Of a stretch of DNA of 64,000 bases, positions 11,801-22,600 are shown piece after piece. The notes beneath the pieces are model-generated. The model did not search any database, was not told the DNA's origin, and saw only the letters and a program-made list of their open reading frames with translations. Source of the DNA: a virus. Numbering within the stretch: the stretch's first letter is position 1; every line of letters begins with the position of its first letter. The DNA lies in the IMG/VR virus record IMGVR_UViG_3300043427_001796. One strand, given 5' to 3'. A program made the position numbers and the translations under genes.

Positions 11801-13801
11801 GATGGAAACGGAGGCGGAGCTTTTGCAAAGGCTTTCATTCTGAATAACGAAATTATAAGTGTTGAGATCGTTAGTAGTGGATTTGGGTATACAAGTCCAC
11901 CGATACCTTATGTTTCTAGAGGATATGATATTATCAAATCTCATAGAAATGCTTCATCTACATTTAAAAAGGAAAGGAATATTATAATTCCATTTACTTT
12001 GAGTGTAGATAAACAAATTGAGGTTATTGATCCAAGCCTAATCTTCAACGCTCCTTCTTTCCTTTCTGTTGGTTTGCCAGAAGATATTCTGGAATATACC
12101 ACTACATTAGGATTTGAAGTATCGACAAGAACTGCTGGTGAACTTACTATAATTGCAATTCCTCAAGAACTTGTTAAGACATATCCAGATTATGTTGTAT
12201 CATTTGATCCTTCAGTATTAGTTAATGAGACTTTATGGACTTTACCATCTGAATATAGTGTTTCTATTGGAGCATCACAATCTACCAATTCTGAAGTAAC
12301 ATACACTACAGAATTTTCTGTTTCTATTGGCGAATCTCTAAGATTCCCAGAAAATATCAATCAATTGGCAACACTTGTCAATATTGATTTCCTCGACACA
12401 GATACGGTGTTGTATGTTACATCAACATCCGGTTTTGATGATTTTGGTTATCTGCAAGTAGGAACAGAAGTTGTCAAATATACTGATAAGCAAGCTGATA
12501 GATTCTTTATTACGGAAAGGGGAGTATTTGGAACATCCACACCTGCAATTCATCCAATTGGAACTTTTGTATCCACGTTCCTACCAAATATAAACGCCAA
12601 TAGTGCAACGTTTAATTATATTGAAGTAGATGATATTTTTGATACCCCTATTCATGCTGGGACAGAAATTTACAGTATTGCCCAAACAAATATAGCACAA
12701 AATGTTGATTTTGTTACTGCGGATGATACAGTAATTAATTATTATCTACAACCAGAAATTTATATTCAAACTAATAGATTTGAATCTGAATTAACAATAA
12801 ATTACATCTCTCAGATTCCAATCACAGATTTAACAATCCTAGTTGAAAATGCTGAGGTTTCTCTGTTTACATCTACAGAATCTATAGAGGATGTAGTTAT
12901 ACTGAATGCATCTATGTCGAATTTTGCCGACACATCTGTAAATATAACGACACAAGCATTTATTGAATACACTACTGCAAATATAGATTCCTATGATCAA
13001 ATAACAAATACTATACAATCTTACGAAATATTTGATGTCGTAGATACAACGCCAGCAGAATTTGCAATACTCTTCAACACAGAATCTGATCAAAATCTTT
13101 CCATTGCTAATGTAAACCGTGAAACACAATCTCAAATTGTATTCAATGGAAATATTACCCTATCAAATATCAGTGACCAATTATCATTATTCTTTGAAAC
13201 TCCATCTTCTATAGAGCAACTGTCTGCTAATATAATAGAAAGTGATAGTGAGATTTTACAAATATTTGATCAACCAGTAAATAGTGAAATTAATGTAAGC
13301 GAGATAATCCTCGGTAGTGTTGATGTCATTTCACAAATTATATTTACCCCATTTGACATTGAAATAAATCCAGGAAGTTCCTTAAATATTGTTGATAGGG
13401 AAATTTCCGAACAACTTACAAATAGGTCATATGAATATGGAGAGATACTAAATGAAGTTGAAATTATTTCTAAACTAGATATTAATATAGAATATGGTAA
13501 CATTGAGAGTATTATTGACGTAATTAATGTTGTAGATAATTCTTCAATTAATGAATTTACTGCTGTTATTAATGTAGGAAATAATTTAAATATTATTCAG
13601 CAAGAAATTCGTAAGCAACCCGAAGATTTACTTCCAGAATACGGAAATATAAATGATACAGTTGAAATTACTAGTATACTAGATATTAATAGAGAATATG
13701 GAAATATTGAGAGCAATATGAATATTACCACTAGACTTGATCGTGCTGCCATTGATGAATTTAATGAGACTATTAATGTAGGAGATATCGAGACAAACTA
13801 A
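2813..13801 (+). CDS. g7: Giant baseplate wedge initiator gp7-like protein (3662 aa, multi-module)
   Basis: Position between g6 and g8; QLPEFI..FLEKYY, IKNITDFYRSKGS, DSYFYQDYSYVIRS..VHPAGF motifs; YHYH-like domain; helical CxRD repeats. Confidence 0.85.
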   Translation: MTIKLSSLVRRQLPEFISTHYSTFASFLEKYYESLEITGQPLDILSNIANYYDINFYEKNLLQKGTNLSSFVSVNDDEIELDDAIAFPEEYGYVKIDNEICFYTKKEGNTLTGVYRGISASTKLGDLYNKSEFVSSNSENHAVGTYVQNISNLFLFAILKSFEAQYLSSIPEKYLNEKIDKRTLIKNITDFYRSKGSEKSIQFIFNSLVSTDPSDKATIRRPSDLTLRSSDSNWITSYRIKIDVISGNPKNLIGKVLEQSDPYAYAVIESVDVSNKFTDLIIDPTSIVSEFKYYGYTELLSPISSLDQQNFKIEVVSTSAWKSADKSLYIGNEEFDIVEKNVNQFTIKSRSGTSSFSPGSIVYLQKPYEVNGVKFNITGSIYNLRPKTKNPYSVKGDPILQSKFAKSSIDPIVYDASSSSYRWIENQNRERPVIPTLSNLQNQLSSVNANVSAILDDETYFYICSSGYPSYPILADTMLSGNQSLSENNYLKLVRKSPIFSPEIYETNSYDVGIFVDGTLAYSKKSDSFVRTGPIVKTNLINKGFGYKNPPIVLVNGSASKAVAILSGNVVSEIKILTTQSYKKTPSIFITSGRNAALKAVVTNGKLTSIVIENPGEYYVSPPQIIVRDLNGRGKFAECEAVVSNSGKIIGVNIINQGKNYSSNSIVIDVIPQGRDAEAEVEIEKWYYNRYNEIQENNIDYNGGSLVNKKFESKKTYAIVSNPKRLRYSIGDNISSILAEQPTEHSKILGFAYDGYPIYGPYAYQNPLDSESSIVRMNSGYVLNNSRTNGPSIVTHPLGIFDKDYTWVPNLNSGKTFLDQNNGRYCVTPEYPNGTYAYFVTIDSGGEPEYPYIIGKNYYGIPVDSNYNQPITQNDIPSSAKLLDFSSYVNNGINFSALVSEVEKGSIDGFTIDDVNSLHNPGNLLFVNNDGTGGEGFVGSVESVLGENVSYINSKNSVSVLSANSNVYLFDGYNLQEQNTSRVGKIVGDVLFDNTIILEEISDTFDGEEKFDMRDPDTGEIIKILNIFLSKNSTFTANATVSLTDGFNRPDSVVAVGTILESASNQNVLKVLVESGDFSLGIENDALFLQSSVSSDDVGTGIVVLNSLSENIEILNFKYNFAIVKTENPHNLAIGDNVNVSINPDDSSTQKTFFVRKRLFQELKLRDRKIKAKLRDTGIGKFSILSSGTFRSSGTYTTTLGNASVQVVITNNTVSNITILDKGSDFVEDQQLRFDAVLVPDPLDASKQVFLTDFGVYMEKNSVFVCRVDHAGFGIGNTEMKLSIVENISNDDLLSIGKEIVKVLNVDYANKLVSVQRAQNGTIALEHFDGADVSFYDFSYRFNRDSFIPELGTNPTSSPKVYSYDRNSNVLVLYYQYGASLSSTIDISLSNFFKDESFERKDVLISSVGEKKFKLEFSEDNEDNFVVNPNINIQNYYKYIFKTGHPSMYQTYLDFSPSLKYNLITQEKIVGDADPGTNSPNSFVSLKFGFGPALETNTYTSKVLNRFSNYYYFIVASGVTTDNAKLSVVEDPLTGSKNVAYVTSNKFLYELNATPQENGSGEIFYSTSSQNALGLINSLKVNNSGKNYADIPVVIGVEPARSRKALLTAVMNLSGGVDSFIINDSGVGYINPKIILDGDGSQGIFQIALNQNGGVISVKILNGGLGYTKIPKVYVIEDSNKIYLTSKNIGIPKTIEITSSGNNFTTDTTTLPNFTSTYAVLLSDIGDASFSPGRIVNQYDNFNNLIFSGKVSKNGLKRGSNIVRFEQVFGDISKNYPLNGAKIIAILYTNYESEIRSFYDKSGYFGSEKGFTSSVNSNITDSYFYQDYSYVIRSKTPIEIWRSLIKDVVHPAGFQLFGEVVIEANTGIVGQTTQQTLTPIVLTINTGVQSAITINTRTQVTETILSVSDTNVQRGVGRLHFSEFYDDSNIAKEIYLSPNFDGYIDPDNNIQLGTKTFNILDTKSNQPVFPYDENSVIVSLSGVIQEPKVSYTIEGSTITFASAPLGERISEGQSLQSDPFIGRVFGYRTEEDNQKYFKKIKNIFQRSGIWLDAANQIHFNRNFIVEETFGYLNNKYPNLEFNTEKCKRDIGYIIDSFEHDLRFGGNLKTVTSGNFYFNAAEELQFINDELEETKDAYKYAAKLCAAAIRNWDVAFIDDPNTLDPEFEVIVSANSDVITVPSTFGIVEGMYVSSGSQFPSGTKVIEIMNDTNVRVSSNSFANITDEEVFVFDIPIGQVVLPPVGSTEVEFNYNGVIIQTDAELIVSDGITVSITAQIAKLRQVRFSLSRINTGKYVDASNLIYVNREYIIDETISYINLTYPGFSYPSEKKCRRDIGHLIDAVIYHLRYGGNNRLVDYAEKYYFANKLNYINEELTQTVVAFEYSIALMLDAIENPGSPFQTVNYVVASDDVNPLDLCIEVKSTINAYRDLYTFILENGPNLIERNFGEVQKSGNYTELLTFSNYNLIDDEELQLSTQINGVWFASECANVISSLYNLQQSLDQILTSGVDSVDISGPDYFNGETKQFELYTDSNAILKTDPDENLLIFINGVLQRTTSYKILRSENPQQTDIIEFTEAPRWDQNEAQLLLNQGTAVDYFYGFSIGNYQRRTIDKTYFKYESSYRIVSENGYSIDPIFDSRFHLVFVDGVLQRNKIDYNIDQTRIIFKEKLNYYTPATGENLLSNVDIISFSGEKNKDTFIGFDFQPGSYSLTATFDVYDDDNSQDNIYEIITQWNAPSRSYPIDIIDEYGPVGRVLNYVQVNSPYSGVRFTIITDVIREVIQESITLRKDLPYVNDITLSIAAPLIISGNFVVPGPGEYIVGAINVTSGSTVTVPEDTTLISISNITDVNYETNNDGEKILRRANAVHIHDDRRIANKNWRILNKLTANILEGDKIKVDGEEEYRDVLKLPDIVKTTQNNLYTPVSKKTYGNIITSVSDKKPKGSGLRINPILDSQGRIVSLDYGKDDYIRSKLLNLPSRKIGLYPKEIYVDFLSADGNGGGAFAKAFILNNEIISVEIVSSGFGYTSPPIPYVSRGYDIIKSHRNASSTFKKERNIIIPFTLSVDKQIEVIDPSLIFNAPSFLSVGLPEDILEYTTTLGFEVSTRTAGELTIIAIPQELVKTYPDYVVSFDPSVLVNETLWTLPSEYSVSIGASQSTNSEVTYTTEFSVSIGESLRFPENINQLATLVNIDFLDTDTVLYVTSTSGFDDFGYLQVGTEVVKYTDKQADRFFITERGVFGTSTPAIHPIGTFVSTFLPNINANSATFNYIEVDDIFDTPIHAGTEIYSIAQTNIAQNVDFVTADDTVINYYLQPEIYIQTNRFESELTINYISQIPITDLTILVENAEVSLFTSTESIEDVVILNASMSNFADTSVNITTQAFIEYTTANIDSYDQITNTIQSYEIFDVVDTTPAEFAILFNTESDQNLSIANVNRETQSQIVFNGNITLSNISDQLSLFFETPSSIEQLSANIIESDSEILQIFDQPVNSEINVSEIILGSVDVISQIIFTPFDIEINPGSSLNIVDREISEQLTNRSYEYGEILNEVEIISKLDINIEYGNIESIIDVINVVDNSSINEFTAVINVGNNLNIIQQEIRKQPEDLLPEYGNINDTVEITSILDINREYGNIESNMNITTRLDRAAIDEFNETINVGDIETN

Positions 13802-14385
13802 TGGCATTCTTTCCTCTTTCCAAACCAATACAGGTTTTATTATTTGATGGAACTTTAATTGGAGTAAATAATTTATACTATTATTCTCCAATACTTGATA
13901 CATACACAACTGGACCAAGTATTGGTAATTGGGAATCTTTCGATCTGGAACATAATTGTGAGTCGGGAACAATAAGATTTCAATCCTCAAAAGATATCAA
14001 TTTAGATTCAAATCCTCCATTATTGTATATCTCTCCAGTATCAATATTTGATCAAGATTCAACTTTAACATTAGAAACTTTCTTTTCTAGACCAAAATCT
14101 ATAATAGATATCAAAAATACTAAATTAACTGGCATAGTATTGCCATCAATTAATTTATCTGGTGCCTTATTTGATACATTTACATCACCAACTATATTGA
14201 GAGTTCAAGGATCAAATAATCCTTTACAAAAATTTCCATCATCTGGTAAAATTCTCATAAATAAAGAAGTTATTTCTTACACAGGAAAAACATCAAATAC
14301 TTTGACAGGTGTAATCAGAGCGCAAGATGGAACGGTTTCGACAACTCACGCATCTGGTTCATATCTTAGAACGGTGACTATTTAA
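13801..14385 (+). CDS. Baseplate-associated structural protein (possibly split C-terminal part of gp7)
   Basis: TAATG overlap with g7; ends in FPSSGKILINKEVISYTGKT..LTGVIRAQDGT...H..G module also present in gp7. Confidence 0.7.
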   Translation: MAFFPLSKPIQVLLFDGTLIGVNNLYYYSPILDTYTTGPSIGNWESFDLEHNCESGTIRFQSSKDINLDSNPPLLYISPVSIFDQDSTLTLETFFSRPKSIIDIKNTKLTGIVLPSINLSGALFDTFTSPTILRVQGSNNPLQKFPSSGKILINKEVISYTGKTSNTLTGVIRAQDGTVSTTHASGSYLRTVTI

Positions 14386-14396
14386 ATAAAAACTAT

Positions 14397-14404
14397 TATA
14401 AATA
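14397..14404 (+). promoter_or_regulatory. Late promoter TATAAATA for g8
   Basis: Perfect T4 late consensus, intergenic. Confidence 0.8.
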
Positions 14405-14441
14405 AAAAAAGTTAAACCCCTCCAAACCAACGAGAGACAAA

Positions 14442-16541
14442 ATGGCTGATACTGCTTTAATTACGGATAAGTTTAGAGTTTATAACGCTAAACAATTTCT
14501 AGAATCTTTCGATGAGACAGCATCGACAAACCATTTCTTCTTTGTCGGAAAATCTGCAAATTGGCAGACATTGATTGAATACTATCAATATGACAGTAAT
14601 AATGGTGCTAATGAAGTTACGGTTGGAGATCCTATCAGTATTGAAACTCTGTCTGGATACCCAACAACAACTCATGCAACAGTAACTGCAGTGTTGGACG
14701 GAGCAATTCTGGTGACTGGTTTGGATCCTGCCGCTCTCACAACTCTAAAGTTTGGTTTAAATTTCAGCTGGGATGGTGCTGGTGGTAACGGGGACGCAAA
14801 AATTCTAAAAATTAGACCAGCAACAGAAGACGAACCACTTCGTCCACTCGATAATCTTGAAGAGAAGTATAATTATTATAGAGAGATTATCGCTGCAAAG
14901 AGAATTTATAACGATAAACTTGGAGAAGGAGTAGGAACCTCTCCAGATGGAAGTTTTGTAAGACCTGTTGTTAACAGACTTGATTATGGAAAGAATGCTG
15001 ACATTGGTTTCACAGATCGCGTAGAACCATATGACATGTGGCGTCATAATTACGCCAACACAAACAATTTCAAGAGACTATCACAAGAATCTGGTCTGTG
15101 GCAAGGAACAGCATCAACTTCAAATCTGGAAATGATTGTTAGATGCCCAGATTACTCCGTTTGGATGTGTATTGACAATAATAGACAAGCTAATGGAGAT
15201 GGAGCTACTCCAGACCTCTTTAATGGTCCTTCTACTTCCAGTCCAACACAGCTTCCAGAAGCGGTTGGATATTGTTCTCTAAATGGTGTATATACAACTA
15301 CTAATGGTTATAAGTGGAAGTATCTTTACACTCTATCAATCGAAGAAGTTCTAAGATTCCAATCACAGAAGTTTATTCCTGTGGCACCTTTTGCTGGTGT
15401 TTCTGTTGTTGGACCAGAAGTAGTTACAATTCTTCGTGGTGGAACTGGATATCTTGGTGGCGGAAGTGGCGAACTTTATGCTCCAATCAATGGTGATGGT
15501 CAGATTAGCGATACTGAAATGAAGATCGCTAAACTCACAATTACAAATGGTGTTATTACAAAAGCTCGTGTTCTTACTACTGGTGGGACAACTCCAGAAA
15601 CAACTAAGACACCTACCGAATACTCATTTGCAAAGGTTAAATTAGTTCCAGGTGCTGCTTTAGCAGTTCCAGATGGACAAAAGTATGGTCTATACAAAAA
15701 TGCCACTTTAACAACTCTCGCAGTTTTAAACACTGACGTTCCTGCTAACGTATTAAACAGAGGAGATGTTGAGGTTGTAATTCCACCTCAAGGTGGATAT
15801 GGTGCATCGGGTAATGTTGGAACAGAAGGTTTTGGCAAATTTATTGAGCAACTCAATGCAAAGAGAGTTATGTGCAATATTCGCCTAACCTTTGCTGAAG
15901 GCGCAGGAGATTTCCCTGTAACCAACGACTTTAGAAGAATTGGTCTACTAAGAGATCCTCTTGCTTTTGATGGTGCTGGCGGTGCAGTAATTGATAACAC
16001 AGACGCTCCTGCTTATGATACAGCTCGTCAAACATATGCTTTAGCATTTAATACTGGAGCTGGAAATACCTATGTTGGTAATTTTACAGTTGATGAAACA
16101 ATTACTCAGACACTTACTCTAACTGGTGGACTTAGTGTTCAAGCAAAAGCAATTGTTACAGAATGGATTCCCAATGATGATGCTGATCCAACTGCTGGTG
16201 GTATTTTAAGATATTATCAAGATCCAGCACTTCACTCAGCAACAAATGGAAAGGTATATCCATTCTATACTGGAGCCTCAGGTGCTGTAACTGCAGTTAG
16301 TGGTCTTACTGGATCAACTAGCGGTTCACATGGATCAAATGCTCCTGACTTTGCTACAGGAAATACAGCATACAGCGCAACTGCTTTAGGTTTAACTGTA
16401 GATTCTGTTGCATTAACTGCAAAAGATCTATATCCTGAACTTCAACCATATAGTGGAGAAATCATCTATGTTGAAAATAGAAGATTAATTACTCGCGCTA
16501 TTGACCAAATTGAAGATATTAAACTAGTTATTGAATTCTGA
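14442..16541 (+). CDS. g8: Baseplate wedge subunit gp8
   Basis: ITDKFRVYNAKQF, YKWKYLYTL, NDFRRIGLLRDP, C-terminal SGEIIYVENRR..RAIDQIEDIKLVIEF. Confidence 0.92.
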   Translation: MADTALITDKFRVYNAKQFLESFDETASTNHFFFVGKSANWQTLIEYYQYDSNNGANEVTVGDPISIETLSGYPTTTHATVTAVLDGAILVTGLDPAALTTLKFGLNFSWDGAGGNGDAKILKIRPATEDEPLRPLDNLEEKYNYYREIIAAKRIYNDKLGEGVGTSPDGSFVRPVVNRLDYGKNADIGFTDRVEPYDMWRHNYANTNNFKRLSQESGLWQGTASTSNLEMIVRCPDYSVWMCIDNNRQANGDGATPDLFNGPSTSSPTQLPEAVGYCSLNGVYTTTNGYKWKYLYTLSIEEVLRFQSQKFIPVAPFAGVSVVGPEVVTILRGGTGYLGGGSGELYAPINGDGQISDTEMKIAKLTITNGVITKARVLTTGGTTPETTKTPTEYSFAKVKLVPGAALAVPDGQKYGLYKNATLTTLAVLNTDVPANVLNRGDVEVVIPPQGGYGASGNVGTEGFGKFIEQLNAKRVMCNIRLTFAEGAGDFPVTNDFRRIGLLRDPLAFDGAGGAVIDNTDAPAYDTARQTYALAFNTGAGNTYVGNFTVDETITQTLTLTGGLSVQAKAIVTEWIPNDDADPTAGGILRYYQDPALHSATNGKVYPFYTGASGAVTAVSGLTGSTSGSHGSNAPDFATGNTAYSATALGLTVDSVALTAKDLYPELQPYSGEIIYVENRRLITRAIDQIEDIKLVIEF

Positions 16542-16561
16542 TAATACCCGAATTTCTTGAC

Positions 16562-16569
16562 TATAAATA
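16562..16569 (+). promoter_or_regulatory. Late promoter TATAAATA
   Basis: Perfect consensus, intergenic, flanked by imperfect inverted repeat. Confidence 0.8.
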
Positions 16570-16604
16570 AGGTTAGGAACTTAAGTGCGTAACAACAATT
16601 TAAT

Positions 16605-19600
16605 ATGGCACAAAATACTAACCTTAATGTATCTCCATATTATGACGATTTTGATGGAGATAAAAACTTTTATCGAGTCCTATTTCGTCCAGGAAGACCT
16701 GTTCAAACTAGAGAGTTAACAACTCTCCAAAGTATCTTACAGGATCAAATTGAAAAATATGGGAATTACCAGTTCAAACAAGGGGAGCTGGTAATTCCTG
16801 GCGAGGTTGGTTTAAATACTAGATTAAATTATGTGAAATTGTCTTCAGTTTCTGAAGTTGCTGTAAATGTAAATGGACAAATTGAATTTAAAAAATACGA
16901 TATTAGTGGGTTAGAGGGAGAATTTTTAGTTGGATCAACATCCGGAGTTAGAGCTTTAGTTTTATCCAGCACTAAAGAAACCGATTCTAATTCTGATACT
17001 CTTTTTGTATCTTATGTTTCTAATGGAGATTCAAATACAGAGTCAACTTTCAGACAAGGAGAAACACTAGAAGTTCTAGACGGAGTAAACACTCCAACAT
17101 TAACTGTTGGAACAGATGGTGCAGTCCTACCAAATTTTATAACAATTGAAGATGTAGATACTGGAGAAACTAATGTAGTTCCTAGTCCAGCAATTGGATT
17201 TGCATCTGGTGTTAAAATTGAGGAAGGAGTTTACTTTATTAATGGATTCTTTGTGAGAAATTCTCAGCAGTTAATTATTTTAGATCCATACAATAATAAA
17301 GCATCTGGTAAAATTGCTTTTAATGTATTAGAAACTATAGTTACTCCTGAAGAAGATTCATCTTTATACGATAACTCTCGCGGAACTTCTAATTTTTCTG
17401 CCCCTGGTGGACACAGATTAAAAATAGAATTAATTGCAAAGAAATATTCTTATACTGAAATTTTAGATAAAAACAGTGTAGAATTAATTTCAATCAAAAA
17501 TGGATTAGTTGAGAAAAAAATTAGACAGAAAGAATATAATCTTATCGAAGAGACTCTTGCAAGAAGAACTTACGATGAATCTGGAGATTATGTTGTATCA
17601 GAATTTGGATTTGATATTAGAGAATACTACCAAAAAAATGATAATACTGGACTCTATAAATTAAATTCTAATACAAATTTAGTAAATGGATTAAGTGAAA
17701 CTGAAGCTTCTTCAAAATTAATTGGAACGATTGGATCAGGAAAGGCATATGTCAAGGGATACGAATTAGTAAACAAAGAAACTAAGTATGTAACCATTGA
17801 TAAATCAAGAGATAGTATTACCAGACCTAATGTAACTATAAAAAATTCTGGTTATAGTTCATTTTACATTACAAATTTATATGGTTCCGTTCCTTTAAAT
17901 GCAGAGGGTGTAGAACTTACTGCATATCCAAATGTATACATGTTTGGATCATTAAATGATGGAAATATTGGATTGAATGGATTAGAGAGTGATTATGCAA
18001 ATTCTGTAGATTTGAGAGGTAAATTATTATCACAACAACCAAATAATATTGGACCTGGAGTTAATGCACCAGATTTAGATTTAACTCCAAGTAATATTGG
18101 AGTAAAAACTATTTTAATAAATCCAAGTGTAGATTATTTGACTTATTCATCTACTTATACTCCTCCAGTAGGAAGTTATATTTACATCATCAAATCCGTT
18201 GGATTTGATGAGACTGCACAAGCAAGTAGAACACTTTTAGTAGAAAAGGTAAGAGTCATTTCTTCTGCTTTTGTGCAATCTAAAAAAGTTAATCCATCAG
18301 GAAATTTTAATTATATAGAATTGAAAGTAGTTGGAAAGCGCGATGTAGTTGATTCGTTACTTAAAGAATATGATACTGAAGATCCTAATGTGCAAAGAAG
18401 AATTTTTATTAAAGAAAGTGACGCATTTGATATCAATGACACTTTACCCGGAGACTCAGTAAGAGCAAATTATTATTGGGGAACAATTGTAGATTATACA
18501 GAAACTTATTCACCTTTAATTGGTGTATGCAAACCAAGCAATATATCTTTTGTCGAAATTGGTCAAGGATTCAATCCCCTTAAAGATAAAGTAGCTTCAA
18601 GAGGAATATCTGCATCTGGTGAGGAAATCTATAATTCAATTTATAAGTTTGGATATTTTAATCCGGTATTTTTCACCAAAATAATACTGACTTCAAATTT
18701 TTCAAATGGATTCGATGTTGGTAAGTATATTACTGGTTCTACTAGCGGTGCCTATGGAGTCGTAGAAGGCACTCCAGGTGGTTCATATAGTTCAACTAAC
18801 ACTTTACATATTAAAGTCCAGCAAGGTCAATTTGTAGAGGGAGAGACAATTGTAGATGAAGATGGTAATATTGCGAAAATTGCAAAGAGTAATACTTTAT
18901 CACATTTTGTTGTCCATCAACAAGGATTTAACTACAATGCAAATTCTGTAATTGTAGTGAACGGAACTCAATTTGATAAATCAAAAATTTCTGTAACTAG
19001 AGTATCTGGTGGTAATTCTATTGCTTACGTTAAAATTGAAGATGATATTGTGAGGGATGTCACATATGTAAATCCTCCACAAGTAAGTGTTACTGAGGGA
19101 ACAGGATCATTAATAACTGCTGTATTGTTTAAAAATACGGTTCATACTTACAATGTTTCAGAAGTAAAATCTTTCTATTCTTCTTTTGGATCAGGTTCAG
19201 AAGGTCAAAATATTTTTACAGCGGATGTAGAAGTTTCAAATAATCTTTATTCAAATTTTCAAAATATTACAACTTCAACATTTAGTGGAACAAAAGGTTA
19301 TGATTTCCTGGAAATAAACTCACTATCCGTTGATCTTGGTCAATTACTAAGACAGGGAGATATTGTTCAATATGTTGAAAATTCTGGTAAAGTGAGAAAG
19401 GCAGTTGTCGTTTATGCAACTTCCTCTAATACAAGTGTAAAATCTAGAGTTTATCTTGATGCTACGTTAAGAGATAATGTAACAAATTCAGTGCTTACAA
19501 AAATATATTCCAGTGTTGAAAATCCAAACGCAAGTTCACTTATTTCATCTGGAACCACCGGAATATCCAGTATTGTAAAAGATATTACAGATTCAAAAAT

Positions 19601-22600
19601 TACATATTATTTTAGAAGAGATTTTGTTGCAGAGGGATCTTCTTCTGGTGGTTCTTTGACTTTTGCTGCTCAACTTCCATTTGGAACTCAAAGATTTGTT
19701 TCTTTTAACAAAGAAAATTATATCATGTCAGTTCTATATCCAGGTAGTTCATCAACAGATAATTTATTCTTTAAATCTGGTGACATAGTTGAAATAAAAC
19801 CAGAATATGTCACTATATCTGGTTCAACAGATGAGATTAGTGGTTTAGTTGCCGGATCTGCAACTATCACTTTCCCAGAAGAATATTTCGGCACGGATAT
19901 GACCGAGTATCCTAAGGTAAAATTAACAACGACAATTGAAGTATCTAAGGCAAAACCAAAATTAAAGACCGCAATAAAAAATAAAAGAATAGTAATTACA
20001 CCATCAAATGATAAAGTAATTCCTCTTAGAGGTCAGGATTACGATACTGGAGAACTTGCTATTCTATCGTATTCCGATGTCTATAAATTAAGATACATTT
20101 ATGAAGGAAGTTTGGTTTCTCCTCCCAAAGTAGATGCAAATGGAACTTTAATTGAAGGTAAAGATATCACAAGTAACTTTATCTTTGATGATGGGCAAAG
20201 ACCATCATTCTATGACGTATCTAGAATTATTTTAAAGCCGGGAATCCAAGTTCCCACTGGCAAAATTGTTATTGGATTTGATTATTTTGAGCATTCTCAA
20301 GGAGAGTTTTGTTCTGTTGATTCCTATCTTCATGAATCTGGAGTCCCACTGGAAGAAATTCCATCTTATGAATCAGATAAAGGAAATATTTCTCTCAGAG
20401 ATGTTATTGACTTTAGACCAAAAGTTGATAGTACAGTAGTTATTAGCGGATTTCAAAATAAAACTTTATTATCATCAAGTAATTACATTTCTTTTAATGG
20501 CGCAGGCGGAGCTCCTTCAGTTAGCTTAGCAGCAGATTCAAATCTAGAATACTCAATTAAGTTTGATGAGACAAGTTATCTTGACAGAATTGACGCTCTA
20601 TTCTTAAATAAGTCTGGCGAATTCTTTATCAAAAAAGGAACTTCATCAAAGAATCCAGCAAAACCAGATCTTGTTGATGATGCAATTCCCTTGAATTACA
20701 TATACATTCCAGCAATAACAGAAAATTCAAAAGATATTAAAATATTCCCAGTTGACAACAAACGCTACACAATGCGTGATATTGGAAAACTTGAAAAGCG
20801 TGTAGAGAGATTAGAATATTATACTTCATTAAGTATTCTTGAGCAGCAAACTTTGAACATGCAGATCAAAGATAGTTTTGGGTTTGATAAATTCAAAAGT
20901 GGATTTTTAGTTGATAACTTTGAATCTCATGGCGTGGGTAATGTTTCTTCTGATGAGTATAGATGTTCTATAGATCCACAACAATCTGTTCTGAGACCGG
21001 AAGTATATGAAGATAATGTAAAATTAATTGAATCTAATTCCAAAGAAGTAGAAAGGCAACTAAATGGATATGTAAAAAATAATGACGTTGTGACTCTCCC
21101 ATATGAATCTACGTATTTACTCGGAAACTCGTCTGCAACAGGGGTTGTGAATCCAAATCCATTTGTTGTGCTCCAATATGTTGGGGATTTAAATATAAAT
21201 CCAGTTGTAGATAATTGGTATGATACAAATATTGTTCCGTTGGTCACAAATAACAATACTAATTTATTCAATATTTTTATATCAAAAGAAAATAAACCGG
21301 AAGATGCGTATGCATCTATTCATAATTCATTCTTGATTAATTGGACTGGTGTAAATTCTGCGTTCAATTCAATTAACTCATTATCGACAAAAAATACTCA
21401 AGAGGCAAGCTCAACTTCCGTTGAAGCACTAATTTCAAGTTCTTCAAATATAAGTCCAAATAACAACGAAGTTGCAAAAGGAGTTCCGACAAAATCATCT
21501 GGCGAATTCTATGTTTGTTCTTCAGTTCAATTCTTTGTGAGATCCATTCCTGTAAAATTTGTAGTTACAAGAATGAAACCCAACACTGTATTATATCCCT
21601 TTATTGATGGAAGAGATGTTACAAGATGGACCATTCCAGATTCAAATTTTACAGGAATTCCATCTTCTTCACTAACTTCTTTTGGTGGTCCTATAGTAAC
21701 CGACGATAATGGATCGGCAAGTGGAATCATTCTAATTCCTGCTGGATATCCTCCCAAGCAAGGAACAACTTGGAATGGGGATATTCTAGATGTTAGTTAC
21801 GACACAACTGCAGAGAAAATTCATTTGGTTGCTGGTCAAAAGAATATCAGATTTACCTCTAGTAGCACTAATGCTGCTAAAGAAGAACTTAATACTTATG
21901 CAGAAATTAATTACTATTCTAGAGGACTAAAACCAGAAAATCCACAATCAATTGTATCTACTCAACCTTCATATTTTAAATCAAATGAGGGCATTCAATT
22001 TGTAGAAAGCAATACGGATAATTTAGTAAGACCGAATCCACTTTCGCAAACATTTAGAATTGAAAATTATGATGGAGGACTTTTTGTTACGGGATTAGAT
22101 CTGTATTTCAATAAAAAAAGTCAAGTAATTCCAATTAAAATTTATTTGACTGATGTAAATGTTGGCAAACCTGGCAAGAACATTATTCCAGGTTCTGAGG
22201 TTGTTCTTCTATCTAAAACATATTTACAAGTTTATTCTTCAGGAAATATTTCTTTAAATATAAATGATAATTTAACCGGAGTAAAATCTGGTGCTGTTGG
22301 TCCAATTGAAAAAATTCTAGACAAGAATGGAATTGAAGTAACTTTATTTGGCGGTAAAACATATAATCTTACTAACGAACAAGTTTATACATTTGTATTA
22401 TCCAATCACAACGGCAAATCATTTGTTCAAGATGAATTATTGTCATCATCTTCAATTGTATCTTTTAATGCTACCAATAATACAAATGTTCAATTAAAAA
22501 TTGCAAAGGATTCTGGAAAGGTTGTTTCATTTGAAGTAGAGCAGAGTGGATCAAATTATGAAGGTGCAATTATAACAATTGAAAGTCCTCAACTTCCTGG

